64,000 nucleotides of DNA from the human T2T-CHM13v2.0 reference genome, Homo sapiens. Below, in pieces: positions 14,895-27,779 of the stretch. The stretch lies in the NCBI RefSeq assembly GCF_009914755.1, contig NC_060930.1; one strand, written 5' to 3'. Each line of letters begins with the position of its first letter. Positions within the stretch are counted from its first letter, which is position 1. A program made the translations under genes and the position numbers. Below the pieces are notes generated by a model. It was not told the DNA's origin. It did not search any database and saw nothing but the letters and a program-made list of their open reading frames with translations.

Positions 14895-16113
14895 GGCCCT
14901 GTCTCACACCGTAGATAAATACTAGCTAAAAATGGACCGTAGACCCAAATGTCAAAGCTAAAACTATAAAACTCTTAGAGGAATCTGCAGGAGTATTCTT
15001 TGTGACCTGGCGTTATGTAATGATTTCTTAGACATGACAGTAAAAGCGTAAGTGACAAAATACAAAATAGATAATATTGGACATCATCAAAATCAAAACT
15101 TCTGTATTTCAAAAGACACTAGTAAGAAAATGAGGAGAAAATCCACAGAATGGAAGAAAATATCTGCAAATCATATATCTGATAAGGGGCTTGTGTCCAG
15201 AACATATAGAGAACTCTTAAAACTAACAATAAAAAGACAAATAACCAAATTTTTAAAATGGGTAAACAGTTTGAATAGACATTTCTCCAAAGGAGATATG
15301 CAAATGGCTAATAATCACATGAAAAGATACTCAGAGTCATATGTCATCAAGGAAATAGAAATTAAAACCATAATGAGATCCTGGTAAGATGGTTAAACTA
15401 AAAAAGATAGATAATATAATAACATATGTTCTTGAGAATGTGGAGAAATTGAAGCTCTCATATATTGCTGATGAGAATATAAAGATTCAGCCGCTGAGGA
15501 AAATAATTTGGCAGTTCTTCCAGAAGTTAAATATGGAATTACCATATGATCCACCAATTTCAGTTCTAGGTATAAACCCAAGAAAAATGAAAACATATAT
15601 ACACATAATGACCTGTCCACAAGTGTTCACAGTGCCATTTTTTATAATAGCCAAAAAGAAACAACCTAAATGTCCATCAATAGAGAAAATGGGTAAACAT
15701 GATGTGGTTTATCCATACAATGGAATATAATTTGTCTATAAAAAGGATGAAAGTACTGATGCATGCTACAAAATAAATTAGCTTTAAAAACATTATGCTA
15801 ATTGAAACAAATCAGACACAAAATGTTACTTATGATCAGATGATCCTATTTATATAAAATATCCAAAATATACAAATCCATAGAGATAGAGAGTAGATTA
15901 GTGCTTGCCTATGGCTGGGGGAAGGGGAGATTGGAATGAGGAGTGCCTGCTAATGGGGACCGGGTTTCCTTTTGCAGTGGTGAAAACATTTTGCAATTAG
16001 ATAGTGATGATGGCTGCTCAACTTGGCAAATATGCTAAAAACCACTGTATGTTTTGAAAGGTCAAATTTTATGGTATATGAATCACATCTCAACAAAGTT
16101 GTTTTAAAAAAAA
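14895..16113 (+). mobile_element. Old L1M (L1MB7/8-like) ORF2 3' end and 3'UTR
   Basis: Decayed ORF2 C-terminal peptides (NHISDKGLVSR, LNRHFSK, LPYDP) and L1MB 3'UTR ending 'ctcaacaaagttgttttaaaaaaaa'. Confidence 0.9.
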
Positions 16114-19050
16114 ACAGATTGCACAATCCCTGCCTCCATACGGAGGGGATGGGGGGCCAGGATCACTAGTTATTCTCTTATCAGAGAGTGGTCTGATTAA
16201 ATAGCACTCCATCTCTGGGTTTTTTTTTTTTTCCTTTTTCTTCCAGAGAGGTGAGCATCTGCAGAATGCTGTCTGGCACACTGTGTTCATTAGAATAAGC
16301 AAAAATAGCATCCCACCTACTGAACAGCTGTCATTGATGTTCAGATTGCTGTTTTGCTTTTTTCTTTTCTTTGTTTTTAAAACATCATTAAATAAGCATG
16401 GATCTCCCCAAAGAAGCTCTAACGTTTGATTGGATAATTCTCAGGATGTATTTTCTGAAAGGTCAGTGATTTTTTTTTTCTTTCAGAACAGTGATTCTTC
16501 AGTGGTGGTCTGAAGACCACGGGTGTTCCTTGAGGAGCCAGTAAGTCAAGCATCTGCAACTCCCCTGTGCACAGTGTAGGGCAGGGGGAATGAATGAGGC
16601 TATAGCGGGGTGTGGACTGTGGTATACTGGGAGGGCAGCACCTACTCTGCCTGAAGGGGGAGCACCTGCTTTGCCTGAAGGGGCGGCCCCTTGAGCATCA
16701 GGGGACTGTAGGGAGGTGAGCCCACCTTCATCAGCTCTGCCAGTTTTACAAATAGACACTGAACACCTGAATTTTTTTTCATGCAAAATCTTTATGTTTT
16801 AAATGCTGACAACCAAACTTAACGGAAATGTAAATCATATTTGTGGGCCAAACAAAACATCTGTGGGCTGATATACTACAAGTTTGTGACCTGGGCCTAT
16901 AGGGGTTCTCTGCACTGGCTCTTTTGTATAATTAATATCAAATTTTCAAATCAGAAAGTGAGTGTTGAAATGGTGCTTGGAGTTCCTGTAGTTCAGTCTC
17001 CCACTCCATGTAAAAAAGTCCTTTCTACAATAGGCACACTGAATTTAAGGAAGCTAATAATTCAAGCCAGACACTTGCACTTTCTTCGTTGCCTTTTTAT
17101 TTTAAAAGATTATGGAGTGAGGAGTTAGGTAAAGAGATGGAGGTAGAGGGAAGTTTTGGGAAGCAGGCCAAAAATTTAGGACTGGAAGTGGCTTCAATGT
17201 TGATTTTGGGTTTTTGGATGATTCTCTCTTACGGTTACCCCTCGTATTTTTCAACCCTAATTTATCAAAATGCATCAGCAAGGTTGGGGCTTAGGTTTTC
17301 CAGAATTCCCAGAGGGAAACAGAATTTTAGGCCTGGAGCAGACCTTAGAATTAATGTTGTCAAATTTTCTTATTTTACAGATGAGGGAACTGAAATCCGT
17401 GAGCTTTAAACCGCTTGCTTGAAGACACGGCTGACATTTGTGGCTGAATCCTAATGTAGTTAATTTTCCTTTCAATGGGTCAACTTGCAACTGGTAAGTA
17501 GGATCCAAACAAAACTACAATCACCTTGAAATATCCTGTAGCCTTTTCTACCTCACATCTCAATAGCTCTCACTTTTTGAGAGACACAAAGATTTCTTTT
17601 TAAAGAAGCAGCTGGTATTTATTTGACTTCATGAGCTACCTTATCGAAATAATGAGATAACTAATAGAAGCTATTTCGAAATAGAGCCAACTAAAGATTG
17701 CACATGATTCTGGAAACAGGGTTGGCATGAACCACAGATAATCCCCACAAGTCATTTCACTAGTTCCCATTGTCCTAATAAAAGCCTTTGGAGGGGTGCT
17801 AATAAGTGTCAAATTAAACAATGTGTGTTTCATTTCCTCTATTTGCCCTCTGAAAGAGATGCTGGCAAAATGGCAGATACAGCAGTAGTGGGAAGGACAA
17901 GGAGGAGAAATGAAGGCACCAAAGAGCTCCAAAATTTAGACAGTCCATCCCTAAATGATCGAAAGTTGTGTGTAACATGGCACAAATTATTATGAGTTGA
18001 AATTTTTTGGTCACTAGGGACAAGGACACAAAACAGAGCCCACGAGTGTGTGAGAAGGGCCCGAGGGATCATTCAGTTTGTTTGCATTGTTGGGTTTTGT
18101 TTTTCTCTTGGTATGGCACCTACACACAAATTTGACGAGCCAAAATATGAATAAGAACATAGGCAGTCACAGTGACCTTTTATTAAATGCAGAGACAGTT
18201 ATGTGTCACATGAAACATCAACAAAAGCCCAGTTCTGGTAGCCAGCAAGATTTTTTTGCCACATTTATACTTGGTCCTCTTTAATTATACAGAGTTGCCC
18301 CCAGAGTACTGAAATGATAGACTAGAACACGATGACTTCAGCAGGGGATCAGAGCTTTAGAGCTTCATCATTCATGTGAGCCAAGTGCGAAATTTCAGCC
18401 TGTCTCTCCTCTAAATGCAGTTAGGAGTCTTCGAAACCTTTTGTGTGAATCCAGGAGGGAAAATTGTCTGGCAAAGTCTGATAAGCATCGTGTCAAGAGC
18501 ACATTTGTACTCTGGTAAGAAGCCCAGGCCAATTGCTGCTGGGTTGTCATGGCAACAGAAATACACACCATTTACACATCAGCTTCTGAAATGAGCACAA
18601 AATAACAAAACCTTTTCGACAGGATGGGAGGTGAAGGGAAGAGCAGCATCATCTGTGCAGCCTGGTGAAACGGTGTTTACGACAGTCTACACGGCACTAC
18701 TGGGTATGCTGTCTCCTTGGATTGTGTCATATTTTTAACCCAGTGGGAAATTCATAGGATCCTCTTGACTCTGTAAAAACTGTGGGACAATTCAGTCACT
18801 TTTACCAAATCCTCATTTCCTTTTCAAACCCTGTTTACTAACTGATGCCAAATAGTATTATAGTAATTGGGAAATAAAGGAAGTCCCTCTCCTGCTTATT
18901 CCTTCCAAAGTACATTTCTTTACCTTTTCATGGAGGTTTGGTAGGATACTTACATATTGTAGAGGGAGGTGGAGAAAATACTCATATATTGTAGAGGGAG
19001 GTGGAGAAGGAGGAGGAGGTCTTTCATGGACCTACAGAAAATGAAGTTAA

Positions 19051-19403
<353 letters not shown>

Positions 19404-20256
19404 TAAAAATGCAGTTCTAAAAATGAATAAAAAATAACAATTCATTCCAGTAGTTCCTGAGGCCCAGGGCATCAACAAGAGATCAGAACTATATGGAATA
19501 AGCCCACAATGTTGAAAAATTTAGGCTGAATGGAAGCTGGATCCCTGAAGCTAATCTCAGCGATTTAAAGTAGAGAATAAGGATGGAATGCATCCCCTCC
19601 ATTAGTCTTGAAGTGAAACCACAGGAACTCTATTCATGAGAAGTAAAATTAGCTGTATGTTCAGTTTTCATGACATTTGTTACTGCACTTAAGCATTCCA
19701 CAGCATGACTTAATTGCTGCTGAAACACCTAAGAGGAAAGAGAAGGAAGGAAAATGAAATGTTTGATCTTTGAATGACAAAATAGTCACGAATCTGGGAA
19801 CATTAAGTAACTAGAGATGGAGTTAGCGTCACAAGCAACACACAACAAAAGTCTTGTGTCTGGCGATAATAAAGTTCCCTTAACTGATTCATCACTTCTT
19901 CCCTTGCTATAATTATGAACATTCTTCAAAAAAGTTCTGACATTAAAATTTCAAACTCTTGTTACTTCTGCTTTTCTATCTCATAATTAGAAAAATTTAT
20001 TAATTCCAATTTTAGTTCTGGGTTTCTAAAAATTTCCAGGAATAAAACCTAGGGAGAAAGATCCTCTCATTGTATATATCTTCTAGGGGATTCACATTCT
20101 GGGTGCTTCACTTAGACATGGTAAGTTGATAACATAGGGAAACAAAAGATCTAAAGAAAGTAGCCAGCCTCTCCCAGAGATTGCAAACCAGCATGCAGCC
20201 AGCTGGCAGACACTTTGTGGGGAGGTAGGGACTGGAACAGTGTTAAAAGAAGTGGC

Positions 20257-20522
20257 ACCGGCACGGTGGCTCACGCCTGTAATCCCAGCACTTTGGGAGG
20301 CTGAGACGGGTGGATCACCTGAGGTCAGGAGTTCAAGACCAGCCTGGCCAACATGGTGAAACCCCATCTCTACTAAAAATACAAAAATTAGCCAGGTAAT
20401 CCCCGTTACTTGGGAGGCTGAGGCACGAAAATCACTTGAACCCAGGAGGCAAAGGTTGCACTGAACTGAGATTGCGCCACTGCACTCCAGCCTGGGTGAC
20501 AGACTCTGTCTCAAAAGAAAAA
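20257..20522 (+). mobile_element. AluSx-like with a small deletion at the start of the right arm
   Basis: 'ggatcacctgaggtcaggagttcaagacc'; 'attagccagg|taatccc' lacks about 20 nt. Confidence 0.93.
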
Positions 20523-21360
20523 TGGCATAAATGCCATTTAGGCAGAGCAAAAGCTCGGTTGTTTGCCACAGTCCTCCCCCATTTTTACTGTCTTACATCT
20601 AGATCGCCTGCTTTTTTCTGTTGCCTGCTTACAGGCTTTGAGTTCGCAGTTTATGCACACATTTGCTGATGCTCCCCAGATTTTCTTACTTTTGGTATGT
20701 ATTCAAATCAACCCATTTCTTTAAGACTTAATTCAGGTGTCCCCTCTTCCACAAAGTCCTTCCGGCCCTCTGGTCTCACCTGGCCACGCCTATCACCCCT
20801 ATTCAGTGCCCTTCAGTTTTAGTTCTTACTTGTTCTCTAATTTGTTCAGGAGTAACCAAGTGGTAAACGCCCAGAGGGCCAGGTTGTGATTCACTGTTCT
20901 TGTATTTTGACCCAGGAGAGTGGTAGCTGCGGTGTGGGAGCTCAGGTTAGCTCACAACAGTTTTTTGACAGATGGGAATGCAGGAATCAGCAAAGTGAGG
21001 GAGTGTGGACCCTGGCACAGCCCAGTGGGCTTGCATTGGTTTCAAAAGGAAAATGAAAAGTTCTGTAAAGTCTTCAGGACACCTATGACAGAAATATTCT
21101 CTTGGAAGTTCAACATTGATATTTTGGTTCTTAGTAGAATAGTTAAAACACGTTTCTGCTTAAAATCTCTAAGTACTGAGGGATGACAACAGGTAGGATG
21201 AACATAGAAATACAAGCAATTTCGTAATATCACCTAGGAAAGCCATAGCATTGAGCTTAAGTATTTGGTGACTGTATCAGTTTCCTGTGACTGCTCTTAC
21301 CTCCTTGCTTATTTCAAAGTCTGAAGGGTTTCATGTTGGGTTTAGAAAAGCTGTAGAGCG

Positions 21361-21374
21361 GCGCCACCTGATGG
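21361..21374 (-). promoter_or_regulatory. Candidate CTCF core motif
   Basis: Minus strand CCATCAGGTGGCGC has one mismatch to CCASYAGRKGGCRS, with retained CpGs in an otherwise CpG-poor context. Confidence 0.55.
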
Positions 21375-21699
21375 TTACTACCCAGAGTGCCTGAACTGAC
21401 CTTGCAATTTCAAACGCAGTATCTTGGCTAGCTCAGAAGACTTCTTCCTAATGCTTTACATGAAAAGAGCAAACTGAAATACGTTCCTCTTGGAAAATCA
21501 GAAACATAAAGAAAATGTTTTAAATTTTGACAGAAGCAAACCCACTCATATACAGAATAATCTACCACCAAAAAAGAGTTTGTATATGATATTCATTGAA
21601 TACTATTAGATTTCAAATAGGTAATAAATAAGATTTTATTATCCAGTTTTTCTTTCTCCATTTTTTAAAAGCAGATGTTTTTTCTATATAGAACGCTCC

Positions 21700-22430
21700 T
21701 TAACCAATTGTTTGATTATACCCCTCACCCCTTCCAACAAACACAATGTATTTATTTATTAAAAAAATTTATCACTTGCCCTGTAGAATTTTCCACATTT
21801 TGGTTTGCGCGAATTGCTTCCTCCAATATGTTTAACTTGTTTGTATTCCTTACATTTCCTATAAACTAGTAGTAAGATCTCGATTAGATTTTATTAAATC
21901 CCAGTTCTATTTTTGGCAAGATAATAGGTGATACTCTATGATGCTATATTAATCAAATCCTGAAGCACGTGCCTAGCTGTCCTACTTATCATGATATTAA
22001 GATTGATTTGTGGGTAGAGGTAATGTCAGTTGGAATCCTCTATTATAAAGTTCCCCAATAACTTTTCATTGAGAGTTTGGATATCTATTGATGATCATTG
22101 TCTCCATCCATTGTTTCATGAGGACTGCAAAATAGTGATGGTATAAGTTTTATTGTTACTCATATACCTATTAGCTGGGATTTTCTCATCATCTATTTAG
22201 TTAGCTTGAAATACAGTTCAAACAGAAAAGAAAGAACAAATATGTGATCAATCTCTTTAAAATATATATTTAGAATAACAAAATAGTGTCCGGCAACCTT
22301 CAAAGGTGAGCAGTGATGTTTTGTGTTTCATTAGGAATTCATAGATTTTTATATTTGATGTATTTTAATCTATTGCAAGCATTATTCTTGTTGATGCCCA
22401 GATGGTCCCACATTTGACAAATGCATATGT
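21700..22430. mobile_element. Ancient L1M 3'UTR fragment(s)
   Basis: AT-rich diverged sequence sharing motifs ('tgaaatacagttca', 'ttgatgc.ca...gtccca') with 36440-37265. Confidence 0.45.
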
Positions 22431-22684
22431 TTTTAACATAAATACTCTAATATGTGGCATAGTTGTTAAGAAAGCAGGCATACTGTAATGTTCTCAGGAG
22501 AAATTATTACCACTCTCAAGGAAGGCGATTTAGCAATATGTATTAGGAGCCTTAAAAAACGTATGCCCTTTGATTTATACTCTAGGATCAAACATAAAGC
22601 AGCCTTTTCTATGAAAATAATCAGGAACATAGCTAATAATTGTATAAAGATATTAATTCTAGTGAAAAGTTAGAAAGAGAGGTC

Positions 22685-23057
<373 letters not shown>

Positions 23058-24042
23058 CTACCATATTAAAAATCCAGTTTTTTGAAGAATTCTTGTTATC
23101 ATGGGGATTTTTTATATTACATTAATTGAAAGAAGACTACCAAAACTGAATACATGGTGTGATCCCAGCTATTATATATAATATGTATATAAACAAAAGA
23201 CTAGGAAGTCATACTTCAAAATATTAATAGTTATATCTGGATAGTGGGATTACAGGATATTTTTATGTCTCATTTGTATAGTTCTTTACTTTAAAAATTA
23301 TTTCCAGTATTATGTATCACAATATGTCTTATTAAAAATCAGCTAGTATTAAAGGTTTTTCTGGACAATGTTAATTTGCTATTGTTGGAATAATAAACCA
23401 AGTAAGTCATTTATAATAAACAAGTAGAATGTCTCCTTATGTGTTAGTGAAAATTGTGCAAGAAAAAAAAGAACACTTTTCCCTCAGCCAAATGATCCTT
23501 CTGATTTAGTTAGAGAATGAAAACAGAACTAAGCAGGATTTGAAATAAAACATGCAGGAGCCTTCCTGAGATAGGTTATATTTTTCCTTCTAGAATCTGC
23601 TCATTGCAATTAATTAGGCTTCTCCAAGAGTAAATTTTCCCTGTACTATCCAATAAGTCAATGTGATATTCATCTTGATTCTTACTGTGAATGAGAGCAT
23701 CAACATAGATTAAGATGGATGTATCTGCCATTTGTAATGAGATTCCACAAGGTATCTCCACCCACCAGTTCCTTTCTGATACTGGCAATTTCTGATTTTT
23801 GATATCCTAATGTCTAGTTGTCACTTCCAAAAGTCTGAAAACCTCTAGTCCAAACCATTTATTAATCCTTAATCTCTGCCTTCCCCTCTTATTACCAAAC
23901 AGGTATTCAATGTCCAAAATTAGATAGCCCCAATGAGATAAAAGAAAATAAAATTCACAAATAATATTGTCAAAACAACTTTTAACATTCTATTATAAGT
24001 TCTATTTCCTGGAAGCTCTTTGGGGACAAGGTTCATGTCTAG

Positions 24043-24359
<317 letters not shown>

Positions 24360-24580
24360 TAATCTTTATTTCCTTTGCATATAGGACAGTGCTCATTTCG
24401 TGAGTATTTATTGATGATAGAACTGAGATGAGGAGGAGGCAGAAGAAAGGGAGAAGGAATGCATTTCTGGACAGGGTGACTATATGAAAAAAGGTATGAG
24501 CTTTGAGTGCTAGAGGCAGTGAGGAGACCAGCTCTAAGAAGAAGGATGATGCAAGGGGATTATAGAAATTAAGGCTGTGG

Positions 24581-25004
24581 CACCCAAATGCCCATCGATC
24601 AATGAGTGGATAAAGAAATTGTGGTATACATTCACGATGGAATACTACTCAGCTATAAAAAGGAATGACTTAATGGCATTCACAGTGACCTGGGTGAGAT
24701 TGGAGACTATTATTCTAAGTGAAGTAACTCAGGAATGGAAAACCAAACATTGTATGTTCTCACTCATAAGTGGGAGCTAAGCTATGAGGATGCAAAGGCA
24801 TAAGAAAGACACAAAGAACTCTGGGGATTCAGAGGGAAAGGGTGGGAAGGGGGTGAGGGATAAAAGACTGCAAATTGGGCTCAGTGTATACTCCTCGATT
24901 GATGGGTCAAAATCTCACAAATCACCACTAAAGAACTTACTTATGTAACTAAATCCCACCTGTTCCCAAAAAACCTATAGAATTAAAAAGATCTTTTAAA
25001 AAAA
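24581..25004 (+). mobile_element. 5'-truncated L1PB (L1PB1-like)
   Basis: ORF2 tail peptide PKCPSINEWIKKLWY...MEYYSAIKRN...HCMFSLISGS, 3'UTR 'agctatgaggatgcaaaggcataaga' and diverged TSD gaaattaaNNNtgtggca. Confidence 0.9.
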
Positions 25005-25269
25005 GGAAATTAAATTTGTGGCAAATGTGACAAGACTGTGGAGGGTCCCAACATTTAGCTGAGGAGTTTGTCTATAGTCTGAGTCAGTGAGAGACCAGAT
25101 TGAAATCCACCCTATTACATGAAACATTCCTAAATTCCTTAATGCTTCAGATCAAGTAATTGGTTTATAAGAGAAACTTGGTGCCAAGGGAAAGATAAAC
25201 ATTAAACTTAAAAAAAATGGTCTGTAATTATGTAGAAATGAACCCATCACTTTGATGGGATTAGATACA

Positions 25270-25680
25270 TTTGTTTTTAGGTATAATTTACATGGAGTAA
25301 AATTAGCCCTTTTTAGTGCATAGTTCTACCAGTTTTAACAAATGTATACAGTAGTGTAACCACCACCACAATCAAGATACAGAAGAGTTACATCATATGA
25401 AAAAAGTTTCCTCATGCCTCCGTAGTCAACCTCTCTAACCAGCCCTTGGCAACCAATGATTCGCTTTCTGTCCTAATAGTTTTGTCTTTTCCAGACTGTC
25501 TTATGAGTGGTATCATACAGTATGTAGGCTTTTGAGTCTGGCTTCTTTCACTTAGGATAATGCATTTGAGAATAATCCATGTGGTTGCATGCCTCAGTTC
25601 ATTCATTTTTATTGCTGAGTCATATCTCATTGTATGGATATACCTACAGTTTGCTTAATCATTAATTCATAAGTAAAGGA
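25270..25680 (-). mobile_element. Old L1M 3' end
   Basis: Peptide remnant YDSAIKMNEL...ILSERSQTQKPTYCMIP on the minus strand. Confidence 0.8.
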
Positions 25681-25726
25681 CAAATATTTCTTTTTAACGT
25701 AACACATATAACTAATGTGGTACCTT

Positions 25727-25729
<3 letters not shown>

Positions 25730-25766
<37 letters not shown>

Positions 25767-26046
25767 CAGGTTCTTGTTCTGTCACCCAGGCTGGAGTGGG
25801 TTGTGTTCATGGCTCACTGCAGCCTCAAACTCCTGGGCTCAAACTATCCTCCCACCTCAGCCTCCTGAGTAGCTAGACTACAGGTGTGTGCCACCACCCC
25901 AGCTAATTTTTTGATTGTTTTGTAGAGATAGAGTCCCACTATGTTGTCCAGGCTGGTCTTGAACTCATGGGCTCAAGCAGTCCTCTCCCCACCATCTCCC
26001 AAAGTTTTGGGATTACAAACATGATGGTGCAACCATGGCTAGCCCA
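25730..26046 (-). mobile_element. AluJ
   Basis: Poly(T) 25730-25763 and J-type 'ctcctgggctcaa' in both arms. Confidence 0.92.
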
Positions 26047-26191
26047 AAATAATATTTATAAGGTTTAGGGATTTATTTACTAATTGTCAAAGACAGGTGA
26101 AGACAGGAAAAAGAGAAAATGCAAATAGAGTATGCATTAATTTCAGAAATGTGAATGTCACTGCCCAGTAGACTCGTTTTCAGAGCAGTCA

Positions 26192-27779
26192 ATTTTTTTT
26201 TTTACTAGTGTATCTTTTAATTGTCATTTAATAGCTACCCACCACAGCTGCCCCCCACCCTTCCCTTTAATGACGACGTTTGCAGGCTTCAGGGGACCAG
26301 GGAACAAAGCTGGGGCCTGGTAGCCCCACTACGCTGCCAGCCGGGAAGAACAAGTCACAATTACAAATTATCACAACAATTAGCGCCTGTACTTGGGGGA
26401 TCTGCAAATTGAGGAGGCTCCAGCTCCTCATTGTACAGGGGTCTATTTGGCAGTGACCTTGCTCTGCAGACGATGATATTCCTATTCCTTCAGCCTGAGG
26501 GAATTGATGTTGATGAACCCGGTGGCATCAATTGGCTCATAATCACCCTACACGTTCATGCTCACCGGCTCCTCGTTGTAGGGAGAGAGTGGGGACTCCC
26601 AGCCAAGGATGTACACCCGGCCCTTGAGGACGGACACCTGCGCTTTCCCTCCCACTTGCCCCTAGGACTTGGCGATGCAGTGGCGGACAAATTCACACTC
26701 AGGGCTATGCCAGAAAGCGGTGTACACCAGCTCAGCAAATTTCAAGCCCAGGCCTTGTTTGATTTTGCACACCTCCCAGTCCATGGTGAAGGCCTTGATG
26801 TCTAAATGAGTGTGGTAAAGGATGGTGCCTGCTGGGGTCTCATAGATACCTCGGGACTTCATTCCAGTGAAGCGGTTCTCCACGATGTCAGTACAGCCCA
26901 CACCGTGTTTGTCCGCGACTTCGTTCAGGTACATGAAGAACTCCAAGGAGGTCGGGTGGGTGGAGCCATCGTTGACGTTGGTCACCTTCACGGGGACCCC
27001 TTTTTTAACTCGATCTCGAGGATGTCAGGGGTGTTGGGGGCTTTGACCGGTTCCTAGGTCTTCGTGTAGAGACCTGGAGGCACTTGGTTCTTGGGGTTCT
27101 CCAGGATTCCAGCCTCGTAGCTGATGTGCATGAGGTTCTCGTCCATGTTCCACGGGTTCTTGGGAGTGACCGGGATAGGAATCCCGTGCTGCTTTGCGTA
27201 TTCCATCAGGTCATTACGGCCCTTGAACCGGTTGTAGAACTCGGGCATCCTCCAGGGAGCAGTGCCCTTTATCTGGGGGACCAGCGAGTACCAGGTGAGC
27301 TCAAACCGGACCTGATATTCCCCTTACCGGTGGCGCCGCGGGACACCCCCTCCTGCTGGGCGATTTCCACTTGTTTGCTGGCAATGCAGGGCCTGGCGAG
27401 AAAGGTGCCCAGGAGGTAGCGGTCCTCATACAGTGTGCTGGACTGGATGGCCGGCCAGATGAACTCTTCCACAAACTCCCTGATGACATCCTCAATGAAC
27501 ACCTTTTTGGCCCCAAGTTTCAGTGCCTTCTTCCTGGCTTCCTCGAAGTCTTCCTTCTGGCCAGTGTTGGCCAGGTAGGCAATGACATCATAGCCTTGTT
27601 CCTTCACCCACACGAGGATGCAGGAGGTGTCCAGGCCGCCACCATAGGCCAGAACTCTCATGGAGCCTTTGCTGGACATAGTGTCTGGGATTGGAGGCGC
27701 GAGTTCCCAGCGTCTGGAATCTGTCTTCAGGGTGCAGTGAACCACTCGGGCTCAGGCAGCAGTGGCAGGCGACAGAACA
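26192..27779 (-). pseudogene. ASS1P1: Processed argininosuccinate synthase 1 pseudogene (probably ASS1P1)
   Basis: Intronless ASS1 mRNA copy with 5'UTR, ATG at 27679 ([18 protein letters not shown]) and C-terminus LQSKVTAK* (stop 26443-26445). The 3'UTR has ATTAAA and an A-tail; TSD agagcagtca at 26182-26191 and 27780-27789. Disabled by a 9-nt deletion (AKY), a frameshift after GATGKGN and stops at 27054, 26662, 26548 and 26482. The paralogue number comes from recalled locus context. Confidence 0.97.

Noticed and set aside
26662-27745. Functional ASS1 gene
   Set aside because: It is intronless, with a frameshift, an in-frame deletion, four stops, an A-tail and a TSD.
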